Assembly: GCA_013239625.1 (NCBI GenBank)
Contig: MU053652.1
Span: forward strand, 6,129,902 to 6,193,901
Length of the DNA: 64,000 bases
Reading direction: 5' to 3'
Source: Lama guanicoe
Taxonomy: Eukaryota
Below the pieces are notes generated by a model that saw only the letters and a list, made by a program, of their open reading frames with translations, was not told where the DNA came from and searched no databases. This document shows positions 1 to 12,885 of this stretch, piece by piece (positions within the stretch are counted from its first letter, which is position 1; the number at the start of each line of letters is the position of its first letter). A program made the translations under genes and the position numbers.

Positions 1-1115
1 AAGGAATAATATTTAGTAACCATAATACAGCAATTGCTTTTCATATTGATCTTAACACTGTTAGAAAGAATCTAGGAACAAAACACAGAAATGTTAACAC
101 TTAAGTGAATGTAACTATTATAAACACTGTAATATTAAAAATAGTAACATACCTTAAAAAAATTGGGAAGTACTTAAGGAGAGTCAGTAAAGAAGGGGGT
201 TGCATAAACATACTAAATCACTCAACTTTTACTGTGAGTAGTCAACAAACAATCTAAAATTGGCAACTCAAGATTCAAGTGCATTATTTAAACAGCAGCA
301 AATAAATAATAAAACTTGCTCAAATTTGTTAATGCTATAGAATAGTATCGAGATACGGGGAGATGGCTGATGGAGGGGCTTAATTTTATTTAACAAATAC
401 TTAGGTTTTATTTTATTTAATAAACAAATTTAAGATAAAATAGAAATCATTGCATATAGAATGGTTTAATGAAGGTCTCAGGAAATACTTGTCTAAGACA
501 ACATGAATGTACCTATTAGGGACTTTGGGTATGTCATATGTACCTTGAGAAAATCTTTTAGATGCCAAAATGGGTGAGTCATTTTCAATTTGTTTAAATG
601 ACTCTAGATCTTTGGTTGATGAAGTTCCTCTTCTTTTGGGTTAATGCCAATATTAAATAAATAAGTTTTTAAGTGTCACAATTGAAGTATCAGATTACAA
701 CTGATGACTGTATTTTTAAATGTTTGCTATATGCAAGGATCTTTGCTTAGGAAAATACAAAGATGAGTAAGAAGTTGTTTAGGGTCAAATACCAAGTACA
801 GAGCCAAACCAAGCACACAGAGGTCTGGTCCAAAGCAGAGGAACATAATGGTGGCTAAGGGTCAAGTTGGAAGTTTTGGGGCCAAGGATAGCAAAAGAAG
901 GAAGGGAGCCTGTCCTCTTGAGGGATGGAAAAATTTTTCATAAAGGACGTGGGGATTAAATCGGCCTCAAAGGGTAGGCAGAAACAGATGGAAACCATCT
1001 TCCAGGCAACAGGAGCAGTGGGCTTAAACTTTCAGAAAAGAGACGGTCAGGGAGTTGTGCGTAAAATCTGTGATTGAAGAACTCTTCTGGGTTTAGCACA
1101 GTCACAAGGAGAGCT

Positions 1116-1212
1116 GGGTGACCATATGTCCCGATTTGCCCTGTTGTTAATAGCACTCATTTTACTCTGAAAATGTATTTCCCAGCGTGAACAATAAATT
1201 ATATGGTTCCTC
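1116..1212. mobile_element. Short hAT-Blackjack MITE remnant (MER94/MER81-like)
   Basis: Begins GGGTGACCATATGTCCCGATTTGCCC and ends ...TTATATGGTTCCT, resembling the degenerate terminal inverted repeats of MER94/MER81 (recalled consensus). Confidence 0.55.
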
Positions 1213-4200
1213 ACAAAATAAGGCTCGTCAGATAATTGGCAGGCGTTCCGCGGTGGAACTTGAGCCAAGTCTGTGCTTCATTTGCAAGGGACTTGAGTAT
1301 ATCTGAATCTTTTCTGAGCATGGCTGTATTCTCAGTACAGTCACATCTTGTGAGTTTTCTCTGCCAGTGGTGAGTCAGATGGGTTATAGTGTGCAAGGGT
1401 AAGAAAAAAGATGATGGTAAGATTGTTGAAGAAACCCAGGCAAGAAATATGGGGGCTTGACTTGTGGCAGTGGAAAGAAGAGACTCATTTCCAGTTGAAC
1501 TGGGAACAGATGAAGACAGAGTGGAGGTGAGGTGCTTGCATTGTGTGGTCTGTGTTTGTGTGTGTGATTTCGAACCTTCCCTGGCTGCCCCAAGGTTCCT
1601 ATCTAGTCGAACTTCAAGAAAGACCCCGTAGCTTTCCCTCTGGTCTGGGCAGAAGGAGAGAAAGCAGTTCTTTTTAATTGCTGATGACTGCAACTAGCCA
1701 GGAGAAGGATATTCGGTCTTAAAATAAAGTTGTGTAAAAATCAGTGTGAATATAAGCAAAGATAAGAATACCAGGACAATACTGTCTGGTGGACTATGAT
1801 TTTCAGTAAACAAATCTGCTAAATAATATTCAAATCAATTTTGATAGTTGAAATAAAAAGGCAAGCTCTTTAAAAATAAAAGTCAAATCATTTCTAGATG
1901 ATTATGAATCCGACTTAAACATGTAATCACCATTGTCGTTAGATAACATTTGGACATGAAATGGATTTTATGTTGTAGTAATCTTGGGCAAATTCTTGGG
2001 TAATCTTGATTTCCTCTGCTTGTCATGGTCGTGACCAAATTCATTCAATATTTTTTTCCTTGCTATATATCTCGTTTTTGTGCAACTTTGAGCACCTTGC
2101 ATATAAAATCTGAGGACATCAATTTGCAATTATTTTGTTGTTTCTCTTTAAAATCCTTTTGAAAAAGTCACGTATTGTGTCCTCGAGGTAAACTGCAAAG
2201 TTTTGCACTTGACAGTGTTCTGAATCTGGTTCACAGGGAGTAGTTTTGAATCAATTAAACTTACAACACTAATTATAGGGGCATTTATTTGTTTGTTTTA
2301 AGGGTGACTTAAGGTTATTCTCATTTTTTAAAAAAAATTTTAGTTCAAAAATTGCTATCAGTTGAATGTTTTCATCACAATTTTAGACTCACCAAGTTAT
2401 TTGTTCAGTCAAGTGTATCCACAGAAAAATATCAAGGAATGTGCTGTTTTCTGCTGTCTTGTCCCAAATTCTGTAAAATACAGCTCCCTACGTAACCTTT
2501 GTAAGTATATAAAACATACACAGTTCACACCCACGTATACATACAGTTTTGTAGATTTCACATTCTCAGGAAAGATTAAATGCCATGTTTCTCCTGCCAC
2601 CTGTTTTCTCTAAAATCCTCATTCACACAAATTGAAATGAATTGAAAATAGTATTGGTAGACTGTGAGCCTGTCATAAAGCTGTAAAGTGTTTACATCAG
2701 CAGGCAGCTTATCAGTGTAACACTGCCCTTTCTTCAACAAAGCACTTTCCCCATGTTAAAATGTCCAATCAAACCGCAGTTGATTGAACATTTGGTTATA
2801 CTGCCTCCTTATTGTTAAGAACTGACAATGACAAGCATGAAATAAATAATTACATTTGGAACGAAAAAGAAAAATGTGTGTAGAAAGTGGCAAGAAAAGC
2901 AGCAATGAGTAGAGGCAGTCAGTACCATAGGATTATAAGGGACGTGTCTCCAAAGAAAGTCCTCAAATTATTTCTAATTCACATTATTATTTTTTAGTGT
3001 ATTTTATATACAGAACATGCTTCCATCTGTGATTGCTAATAAATATAGCTTTGCACCTTTCCACCCCCATCTTATATTTTCCCTTTCCCTGCACTCTGGG
3101 AAACCACACTGCTTTGAATCTCTTTTTGTTTGTCTTCCTGATCTCCTCTTCCTTCTGCTCAACTTACCCTTGGCTTTGGCCTTCCTCCCAGGCACCACCC
3201 CCTTGAAGCACTCAACCTTCGCACAGCTTCTGCTATAAGCATGCTTTCCCTACTGCTGCCTTAATCCCTGCTCTTTCACAGGTACAAACGTGTGAAATTA
3301 AGCAATCCAAAACCAAAATCTGAAAGCCATCCAAAACCCAAATTGTGAAATTAAGATATCTAAAACTCAAAGTTATCCTGTTTGAAACAGACAGTATTTA
3401 CTGAATGCCTCCTCTGTGCCAAAAACCAGGCTAAGCTTCTCATGTATAAACGATCCCGTTACATCTCTATGAGATGAATTTTACAGATGCAGGGAAGGTA
3501 AGTCAAGAATCCTTACATGCAAACTGCTGCAATGAGGTGTACCCGGGCTGCACCTCTTCCATCTGAACACAGGGCTCATGCTTTCAGCTGCTGCTTTATG
3601 TTTCACCTTTATGCTTGATCTGCTGAATCTTTATTTTAACTCATCCTTTCTTTGAATGGTATCTCTGTTTTTCAGAGATCCAAACTTGAGTGTTAACAAG
3701 ACTTCCTCTTCCCTTTTACTCCTATTTATACTGTCAGCAAACTAGGTTATTCATTTGAAACTTCTTCTAGATCCATCCTTTCCTTCCCACTTCCAAGATC
3801 AAATCCTTAGGATAAATTTGGGCTTCTGTGATAATATAAAAGCCGAACTCCTGGACTTGCATCTCAAGAGTGACTCCCAGATTTCTGTCGTAAAGCTGTT
3901 CTACACACTTCCGCTTTGTTGTTTTTTAAATGTTTACTCAATCAACCAACTTTTATTTAACACCTTCCCTCTGCTCAATACTGACAGTGTTTACTGAGCT
4001 AGCTGTGGCTTACCTTCGTGGAGCTTGAATTCTAATAGATGTTAAAATGATAATAATGGAATAACCACTTAATAAAAATTGTTATAGGCATCATCAGCGA
4101 TGCCATGAAGGTTTCTTACACTAAAAGGACCCCTTGTTGACCATTTAGCTCAAACCTAAACTTTGTCTTTCACAACCCTTCATTTCGTTGAAACCGATTT

Positions 4201-5949
4201 TCTTCCCAAATTATCCAGCTCAGGAATCGTTCTCTAACTTACAAAACATTACAGATTCTGAACAGATACATGCTCTATCTGGACATCCACTATTGTACAT
4301 TTCCAAATTTGTGCTCCGTGTTGTTCTTTGGGCATTTCTGAGTCTATGCATCTATGGTTTTATCTGTGATTGTGTTCCCATTCAACTGCTCTTCAGAAAG
4401 AGATGACAATCACCATCCTTTTGTGTTCTTCCTGACTCTCACTTCTTGCCAGCCCCACAATGCCTGACAAAGTGCACTGCAAATAGTTCTCAGCTGAATT
4501 AGTTGAGCAGGAAAGTGGTAAACATTTTCTGGCCAGTTCTCAGTCAATGTGTGCCAGAAAGTGGGTTTCAACAGAAGTGGGGAAAATAGTTGGACTGAAT
4601 GGTTCTTGTCTCCTTAACATTTCTGTGGCCTGGATAAATTAAAGCAAGTTATCTTCCCTGAATCTGGCTCCTTACTTGTAAAACAGGGCTTGACTAGGTG
4701 GTCTATCTTCCAACCTCATTTAGAATGTTAGAGCCTAGGGAATGTAATTGCCTCCAGGATATTTGATTTCCTCACAGTTTCTCTGAGATGCTCTGATTGT
4801 AAAGAAAATTGCCCGCTATATAGGAAATGGTCAACCACGTAGAGGCATGACCTAATTTTTAAGCAAATGCGCATGAAAATTATTATGCATATGTAGTGAA
4901 GGATGCAAATGAATGCAGGGAGCATTTTAGAAGATAAATGTGCTTGAGGCAGTCATCAGTCTCATAAACCTTAATCAAGTGGGTTCACATTAACATAGCA
5001 TGATACAAACGTATGATCCAGCGTCTAAATTACTTTTCCAAAAAGCCCTATGGGGCATGTGCTCACACCATATGTTTCTTTCAGTTTTACTGAGATAGCG
5101 TAGGCAGGAAAATGGAAAAAAAAGGCGCTCAGTACATAACACTCCACATTAATTTCTAAATTGATTTGCTAAACAAAGGTGAGCTATAAGGTATAGCTGA
5201 CAGTGGACATCTCCTAGCTGATCAGATTTTTGCCAGTTTAGCATTACCTTGCTTTTCTTTGGCACATTCTACTTATCTGTACTCCTTGTTTATCAGTCAT
5301 GAACCACTGGCTGGAAGACTTTAACGTGACCCCAGAGAAGCTAATGTGGAAAGTAATCTCTTGTTAGAAATTGATTTTGATTTCACCTCACATTAGTGAG
5401 TTCCTTATCCCTTCTGCCACATTTTCCTCGTACTTCTAGTTAATGTAATATCATAAATCGCTCTGCCACAGTGCCTTAGGAAGAGAGAGGAAACTTATGT
5501 CTCCTCAGCAGCCCTCTTAAGACGAATTCTAGAATGTTGGTAGCAAGAATCAGTCAAGTTCCCTCATATAGCTTTGAATGTTTCTCTCATTTGATTTTTT
5601 TTTCCCCCTAATTTCACTCATCCTGTGGATCCTGAGAGAGACCCTGTGCTTTAAAGTCCTTTGGTAGCTGGAAATAAGAAAGGTTATTTTCTTGAAAAGA
5701 AATTCATGGTAGTTTAAGACTTAATGCCAGTATGATAACCATGTAGGTGAGAAGAGTTATCTTCCTGTTGACTGAGAACCTTCTAAGGCAAACAGAGAAG
5801 TGCATATGTATTTTGTAAAATGAAGGACATATTTCTAACACAGAGAACATTTTAAGGTCAATTCTAACTGACCACAACGTGCAATAGTTATATGTTTTAC
5901 ACTATTTTAAATAACACCATGAGCAATTGAATTGTGTTCAGCCTGACTG

Positions 5950-6130
5950 CATGGAGGCAGCATGGTGTAGTGGTTACAAGCGTGGGTGTGGAGCCTGGCT
6001 GCTGGGATATACATCCCTGTCCGGCCATGTGCTCTGTGCTACATACGTGTACGATGTGCTGGGTTTGTTATACTGTAAGCCTCAGCTGTCATCTATAAAA
6101 TGGGGATAGCAGCAGTATTCCTCAGACAAG
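5950..6130 (+). mobile_element. MIR SINE fragment
   Basis: GGAGGCAGCATGGTGTAGTGGTTA...AGCCTCAGCTGTCATCTATAAAATGGGGATA matches the MIR head and core. Confidence 0.7.
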
Positions 6131-7135
6131 ATGACTATTCGATAAGCCTGCTGCTACTTGTAATTCCAGTGTTGGTGATGGTGGTGCTGGTGAGACAGGG
6201 ATTCCTCATATCTCACAGCCAATCAACCTGCTTGCTTTGAGAGGCTCCATCCTATACCTTCCCTACTCTCTGTGCTGATGCATTCGGGAACTTGAGACAT
6301 TTTACATTTAGGTTCTTGTCATAGAAGTCTACCTTAACTACTGCACCCTACTCTTTAAGTGTAGACCTAGCCCCAAACAAATATTAAATGTTTCACATTT
6401 CACCTGCTTTAATAGAGCCTAATTATTTAATATCAATTATGATATGATTTTGTGTTTAGAGTAAAATTATTTTTATGACTATTTTAATGACTATAATATG
6501 ACTAAGTACAAGAGGAGATGTTATAACACAGTTGGCTTATAAGGGTTTTTTTTTTCCTATTTCCTCTAATAATAACTCTAATAATATATTCTGTCAGGAA
6601 GTAATCTTAAACTGTGTGATTCCTGATTGCTATGTGTGAAATATATGGTTAAAAAGCAAGAACAATATATTTTCTAGAGGAAAACAGCCCCAATTTAATG
6701 TCAGTCAGAAGGAAACTATCTTTCTACATAGTGATATTCACTTCAATATAATTTCTGGAACACATCTTAGGTGAAGTAAGGTAAGTCAGGACATTTTTCA
6801 ATTTGAACTCCTTAAAGTATAAATTCCTAAAGTGTGGCTTCTTTTTCAAATTGGTTCACATGTTTCCTTTCTCCAAATATTACAATAAGTTAAAGCTATT
6901 ACATGATTTGGAGTTATCGAAGGGTTCTCATTCTCACCACCCCACCGCTGGTTTCATACTCTGTGTCAGGAAGACACAGATGCTTGGTCTGTTTAGTCCC
7001 ACGTGCCAGCATGCTTCCTTCTGAAACCTGTTAACCAATTATTTATTTTCAGTCATTTAAAAATTCGAGCAAACGTCAGCTTCTATTTGTAACCATTTCA
7101 ATATCATCAATAGCATTCGATTTGGGTCTTAGTTT

Positions 7136-7596
7136 TGTTACCAAGCCAAACTTGGATCCGCTCATCCACGTGCAGCAAAGCCAATCTGCTGACGCCGAGT
7201 GAAGCAAAAGGCAGCTTTTATTGTAAAGGTGCGAATTCAAGGTGTGGGGGGAGCGGGTGGCTCTCACTCTAAAACTCTAGACTACCTGAAGGGTTTCAGC
7301 AAAGCATTTTTAAAGGCAAAGTAAGGAAGGGGCATCTCAGGGTATGTGATCAGCTCATGCAAAATCCTCTGATTGGCTGATGGTGCTCAATCCTTAGGCG
7401 CCAGAAAGTCTGGGGGTTATGGTGCTCATGATCATCAATTAATTAATTTCTTTCATTTGGTGGTGGTTTTAGCACCTGAAAAACTCAGGAAATATGCATC
7501 AGATACTATTACCTAGGTACTTCAGAGAGGAGCTACACAGAGGCCATGAGGGAGGGGTCTGTCCCGGGAAGGCCCATAGTGTCCTGCTCACTCACA
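7136..7596 (-). mobile_element. Solo LTR, ERV1 class
   Basis: TG...CA termini (TGTTACC...CTCACA), perfect 4-bp TSD GTTT (7132-7135 and 7597-7600), TTTATT near 7217 (AATAAA on the minus strand), 461 bp long. Confidence 0.8.
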
Positions 7597-8130
7597 GTTT
7601 CCTACAAGAGGTCTTACCAGATGATGCTACAAATTCTTTCAGTTTTCCAGAGGAACAATTCAGATTCCTCTGTTTGTTCAGAGTTTCTTCTGTTAGTGTA
7701 TATTTTAGTGAAAAGCAGCTTACAAATGGACACAATTGCCCATTTTTCTCATTAACTTACATTCCCTTTTTCATATCTTATTCCACAATTCCAGTACTTT
7801 GCCTTTATTTTGGAATAATTGGTCTACTTCAAGTCACCTCTCCCATTATTAAAATGAAATACTGCATCTATCATAATATCAAAAGAAGAGTTACATGACT
7901 ATTTTAAAATACGGTTTTATCATAAAATCCTGCAGTCTCAGTGCTCTAGAATAGTAAAGTGAATTTGGAATTGTTAACGTATAAAGAAGGAAAATTACTA
8001 ATATTTATAATATTAAAATATTTTGTGTCTGTATGAAGTGCTGATAAGCAAAAACGATTCCATTTTACATCTCAACTCAGTAATATAATGTCATCATTTC
8101 CCAAACTTACTTTAAAAAATGTTATTAGGT

Positions 8131-8246
8131 TAGGGTTGCCAGATTTATTAAGTAAAAATATAGACGTTCAATTAAATTTGAACTTCAGATAAATAATGGA
8201 CAATTCTTTTGTATAAATATGTCTGGTAAATACCTGTGACATCCTG
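8131..8246. mobile_element. MER53-like DNA transposon MITE remnant
   Basis: TAGGGTTGCCAGATTT...TTAAATTTGAACTTCAGATAAATAAT matches the recalled MER53 start and body. Confidence 0.65.
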
Positions 8247-8659
8247 TAATAGATTAATGACTAGATTTATAAGATAAATGTAAGTAACAAACAAAAAGTT
8301 GAAATCTTCATGTTATTTCCTACAAGAATTGAATAGGACTTTATGTATATATTTAAGGCACAGAAACATCAGTGTACCGTGCACATAATCAAAATTATAA
8401 GCAAAGATATATCAAAAAGAGACCAGTGTTCTTTGGATAGATGCCATAAAGTTCAATGGCTAATAATTGTGGTAAGCAGAATAAAGTCCTCCCAAAGATG
8501 CAAAATTCTAATCACCAGAACCTGTGAAAATATTACAGAGGAGCTACATGATGCTGCCGTGTGAGCACTGGCTGCGAAGTGGCTGTGGGAACAAACTGCT
8601 CCCAGCTGCGTGGTCCAGATTTGTTAGTGACCTCATGAACTTCCCTAAGAAGTCCTGAT

Positions 8660-8862
8660 TCAAGATTTGCAGATACTAATATATATAGAATTGATAAACA
8701 ACAAATTTATACTGTATAGCACAAGGAACTATATTCGATATCTTGTAGTAACTTACGGTGAAAAAAATATGAAAATGAATATATGTATGTTCATGTATGA
8801 CTGAAACATGCTGTACACCAGAAATTCACACATTGTAAACTGACTATAGTTCAATATATAAA
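8660..8862 (+). mobile_element. Short 3' end of a camelid/artiodactyl L1
   Basis: ACTGTATAGCACAAGGAACTATATTC...ACATTGTAAACTGACTATAGTTCAAT, the same 3' UTR motif as the L1 copies at 23.1 and 36.9 kb. Confidence 0.8.
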
Positions 8863-9399
8863 GGAATACTAAAACTGACATGAAGCAGATAAAGCCAGTG
8901 ATGGAAGTTAAAGCGATTATGGAGTTCGGGTATCCTCAGTGTCCAGTGTCCTCCGTCTTTGATGAAACACCCATGCTGTGTTTCCTGTTTTTACCTTTAC
9001 ACAGACTGGCGCTGGGGTTCTTCGTATAGAAAATTACCCAAAGCTTCAGGGTGGGGACTGCACCCATTCACTCTAAACAGAGTGATCTTATTATGGTAAA
9101 GAGAGTTTTAAAGCCTATGAATTCTGGAAATAGTCCCCACATCTGTTTAAATTAGAACTCAATTTCTTTATTGACAAACTTATACTTGGGTGCATGAAAT
9201 TAGTCCAATTTTTGAAAGCCAACAAAGAAGATAATTTCATCTTCTGAAACACAAGAATCCAGAAAATTGGTAATTACAGGAAGACACTAGGCTTTTTATA
9301 ATTGACATTTTGAAACAAAATGACATATTAACTCTCCCGTTTGGCATATTAAGAAAACCATTTGTAGCTTTTGGTGTTGTGCCCTATAAAAATAGTGAG

Positions 9400-11290
9400 T
9401 TTATCTTCAAACCTTGAGGCCACAGACAGTGAGGGATATTTCAGAGTTTTTTTTCCTAGTGTCCCGCATTGGTTCTTGCCTGAGGGATGGCAGCAGCAAC
9501 AGCACGGGCCCCGGGGCGCTTTCCATCTGTGGCGCAATGAGCACCTCGGCGTGGAGGAAATTTCAGATTCGTCCATCTCATCACTGTTCTCAGATCGTCC
9601 AAGTCAACTTTGGATGCGTGGTTGGCATGATCAGGATGAATGTTTTCTCCTTCTCTTATTTTGCCTCTAAGGAGTGCAGAGGCAGCGTGGAAATGTTCGA
9701 GGCCTCCCGTGGCTGTGTTTCAGCTGCAGGTTCCAGCATCCACCATGCCGTCTCACAAGCTGAGGGCACCAGGCAGAGCAACAGCCTGACAAGCCAGAGC
9801 AGATGCTGGCTGGTTACGGTCTGCTCAGAGTGGCGAGGATGGCTATGAGCATGAAAAGGGAGGCACAGAGGCTAGAGTGTCGTGGGTTGAGGCCCAGAGT
9901 CAAGGGATTGGGCTTGGCCCAGATGGGCAGAGGGCCCTTTGTCCACCGTGTTCACCTACGTTGCTGCCAGCAAATACTAGCTCCCATCTGAACCAGCCTG
10001 TTAGGTGGATAACATGGAGGTCTGCACTGAGCCTACAGGTCCCCTCCCACAAAGTAGCCACTGGCCACAGATGAGAATGGGGTTGGCCAGGAGCTATCTC
10101 CTTCCAGCCACGAGCTGTGTTTACCACTTGATCAGGCCAGTTTCATCCTCCGACTTCCTCTGGGAAGGGGTATAGTAGCTTGAAGACCATTATGACCCAT
10201 TTTCTTCCTCTGCTTTTGGAGTAGAGAAGAAAACGAATCCCAGTCCTTTGCTTCTCCATCCTCCAGTATTAGATCTTAATGCATGTGGAAAAAAGTCCTG
10301 CTTTAACTTCATTTCTGTGGCATTATCAAGATCTCTAATCTAGAGATTCATCTTCTTATACTGGCTGTTTTTCTCCTCAGGATCTCAAATTTTTGTTTTA
10401 ACTCTGTCTTTTCTATGTACACAACATGCTTCTGGATCCAACTCCATGTGTGATTTTGCCACTGATTTCTTTCCTATTTTTTTCTCTCTTGGTCTTTTTG
10501 CCATTCTTATGTATTTTTTAACTCACAGCCAAAGCTGAGAAATGTCCCATTGGGATTTCCCATTACATTAACACTTGAAGTTTTACTAAATTGACTGAAG
10601 AATTATTTCTACTATTAATGATCTGCATTCTTCTGATGGCTTTCTAAATTCATATTGATACATCCTTTGGCCTTTTCTCACATTTAATTTCCCACTCTTC
10701 CTTGAATTTGATCCTATTAACATACAGTCAACACAGTGGTTCATTGAGGCATTTACTGTTTATCTTCTTGATACTCTTTGTGGTGGCCTTATGAGAACAT
10801 TCCCCAGTAGGATAAAAGGCATACCCCAGAGAGCCTTTCTCATCAGAATCCACCTTGGAAGGAAGAATGATTCCAAAAACCCAAGAGGTATTATATAAAA
10901 TTACCTGGTTGTCTATGGATTTGTCCATTTTAAAATTCTCAAAGAGATGTCTTGCTAAGACCACTTAATTCAAATCGCTTTCCCATAGTTGTGTCAAAGT
11001 TCATTATAGCCATCATTGACCACTGAAATTTAACATAGGACAAGCAGGAAGTGATGGGTCATATTGGAGCAGACTTGTATGGGCAGCACAGCACTGAATA
11101 CTAAGCTTTCCACTGAGCTTGCCTTTGGTGACACCTGAGCCTCCCACATACGTGGAGACCATGGGTTGCTGCTCCAGGCAATACTGATCTTCCAAGGAGG
11201 ACCGCTTATGGGTATCCCCATAGGAAATAAACACAATTTTCTCAATATGTTGACATGTATGAATTTTAAGAATATCTCCATGTCGCTATT
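9400..11290 (-). mobile_element. Ancient non-LTR retrotransposon fossil (RTE-X/L4-like ORF2 remnant)
   Basis: Minus-strand frames give degraded RT motifs in the expected order: YDPSLPAC (~NYRPISLL), ENFKMDKSIDNQVIL (~GFRxGRSTxDxxFxL), TTKSIKK..CL (~GVxQGCxL), TELKQKFEILR (~EQVxxFKYLG). The low-coordinate boundary is uncertain. Confidence 0.5.
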
Positions 11291-11349
11291 TACCTGTTTC
11301 CTTCACTAGCACTCTTTGACCATGGCTATGTAAGAAGCTCAGATTTGGA

Positions 11350-11520
11350 GGATGTGATATTAATGAGTCCAAGGCCACAGGTTAAATCTCCACATAGATG
11401 CTAATGAAGATCTTCAAGCTAGTCATGTTTAAAGACTGGCTGCAAACCTTGGTCCAAATATTTCCTAAATATGTATCACGGGGTAGTGAAGGAGTATGTA
11501 CAAATCAGTGTCTGCTCTGA
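11350..11520 (+). mobile_element. MamSINE1-like ancient tRNA SINE
   Basis: TAATGAGTCCAAGGCCACAGGTTAAATCTCC resembles the MamSINE1 B-box region (recalled consensus). Confidence 0.4.
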
Positions 11521-11529
11521 GAAATATAT

Positions 11530-12110
11530 TAAAGGTTGTTGAATCCAATGACCCATCAAGAATTGATGCTAACCAGTCTAAGTCCACCTGATGCCAGAAC
11601 ACCTCGACCAAAGGCTCTTATCTCGCCAGCTAGCTTGTAATATAGTTGTCAGTAATGACTTTAGTCTTTCCTTAGGTTGAGTTAAATTGTACCTCTATTC
11701 AGCTTATACTGATGGGATTAAAAAATCAAGACTAATCTGCCATCTCCCACATGGCAATAATTTAATCCTTACATATTTGAGGACAACCACCATGGTCATT
11801 TTGAAATTTTGGTTTTATTTTAAATGTGCTTATTCCCTTCAAAAGTCCTTCATAGATATCCTATTAATTTTCCATTTCCCACGTTCAATAAGTCCCTTTC
11901 AAATTTTTTTTTGATAAGAATGACACAGAGTACGCCAACCAAGGTCGGAATAGCACAAGTCAGTTGTATCAGGGAACTCGATCTGATAGATTTCCCAATG
12001 AATACTAAGATCACATCAGCTTTCATCTGGAAGCTGTATCAACTCTTGAGTCATATTGAGCTTCTTTTCAACCTTGAACTCATGTCTTTTTTAAGAGTAT
12101 TTCTTCTGAC
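11530..12110 (-). mobile_element. CR1/L3 LINE 3' portion (ORF2 C-terminus remnant)
   Basis: Minus-strand translation across frameshifts: KDM..VEKKLNMTQ..TAS.KADVILVFIGKSI..LFRPWLAYSVSF, matching CR1 ORF2 KDLGVLVDxKLNMSQQCxxAAxKANxILGCIxRS..LVRPHLEYCVQF. Confidence 0.8.
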
Positions 12111-12370
12111 CCATGGACAGTGTCCACTGTCATTGCTTAATGCTTTTAAATTGCTGCTGTCTGTCTTAGAAAAGAACTTAGAAGGGCTCCTGCTTTCAGC
12201 CAAAGGAGTTGAGTCATATAGCAATAGATAAATACGCGCTGCCGAGTGGCTTTGTGATTGTGTTGAGAGTGTCTTATCTAGGTCCTTCTCTGGTCAGGGG
12301 ACTGCAGTGTTGCTACAGCTGAATAGAATCTGGGTTTTCAGATGATTTCTTCTTTCCTTCTTGTAACTGA

Positions 12371-12372
<2 letters not shown>

Positions 12373-12402
<30 letters not shown>
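12373..12402. repeat. (GT)15 microsatellite
   Basis: Perfect dinucleotide run read directly. Confidence 0.95.
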
Positions 12403-12404
<2 letters not shown>

Positions 12405-12629
12405 AAGCTTTCTATTCCAGTATTGTCCGAATAACAAAAAAGGGAACAATTGTCCCATTTTTCCTGATTTTATTTGTACTTATGAATGTCTAAGCCTCAC
12501 CTGTATTATCATGACAATCATGTTATGTTTATTACCTATATCTTGTGTATGGATGAGTCTGTGGTCACTTAAGACATTTTGTGCCCTTTTCCTGAATCTT
12601 TTCTCCTTGAATGTCTAGGTACCACGCTG

Positions 12630-12885
12630 AAGCCAAACAGCATAATGGTTTATGATACAAATTGTGGAGTTAGATGATCCTGATTTCAAACAGGATCACC
12701 ACCATTTGTTAGCTGTGAGATTTTTAGCAAGTGGCTCAAATCAATTAAATTTAAGCACAATTTCAAACAATCTGTGTGTTGGAGGAAATAATTACCTACC
12801 TCAAAGGGACCTTGGAACATTGAATTAGATATCTTTCAAGTGCCCAGGAAATAGTAAGCATTCGATGAGTGGCAATAATGCTTAC
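12630..12885 (+). mobile_element. MIR SINE
   Basis: CAGCATAATGG...GGAGTTAGATGATCCTGATTTCAAA...ATAATTACCTACCTCAAAGGG...AGTAAGCATTCGATGA follows the MIR layout. Confidence 0.65.

Noticed and set aside
1360..1405. Splice-like signals (CCAG|, TG|GTGAGT, AGG|GTAAGA) and an AP-1 site TGAGTCA at 1371
   Set aside because: The implied 31-nt exon is not frame-preserving and the signals conflict; isolated motifs of this kind are expected by chance.
9349..10127. Cluster of overlapping GC-richer ORFs suggesting a gene or processed pseudogene
   Set aside because: No recognisable protein and frames are interrupted; the region is better explained as the 3' part of an ancient LINE fossil.
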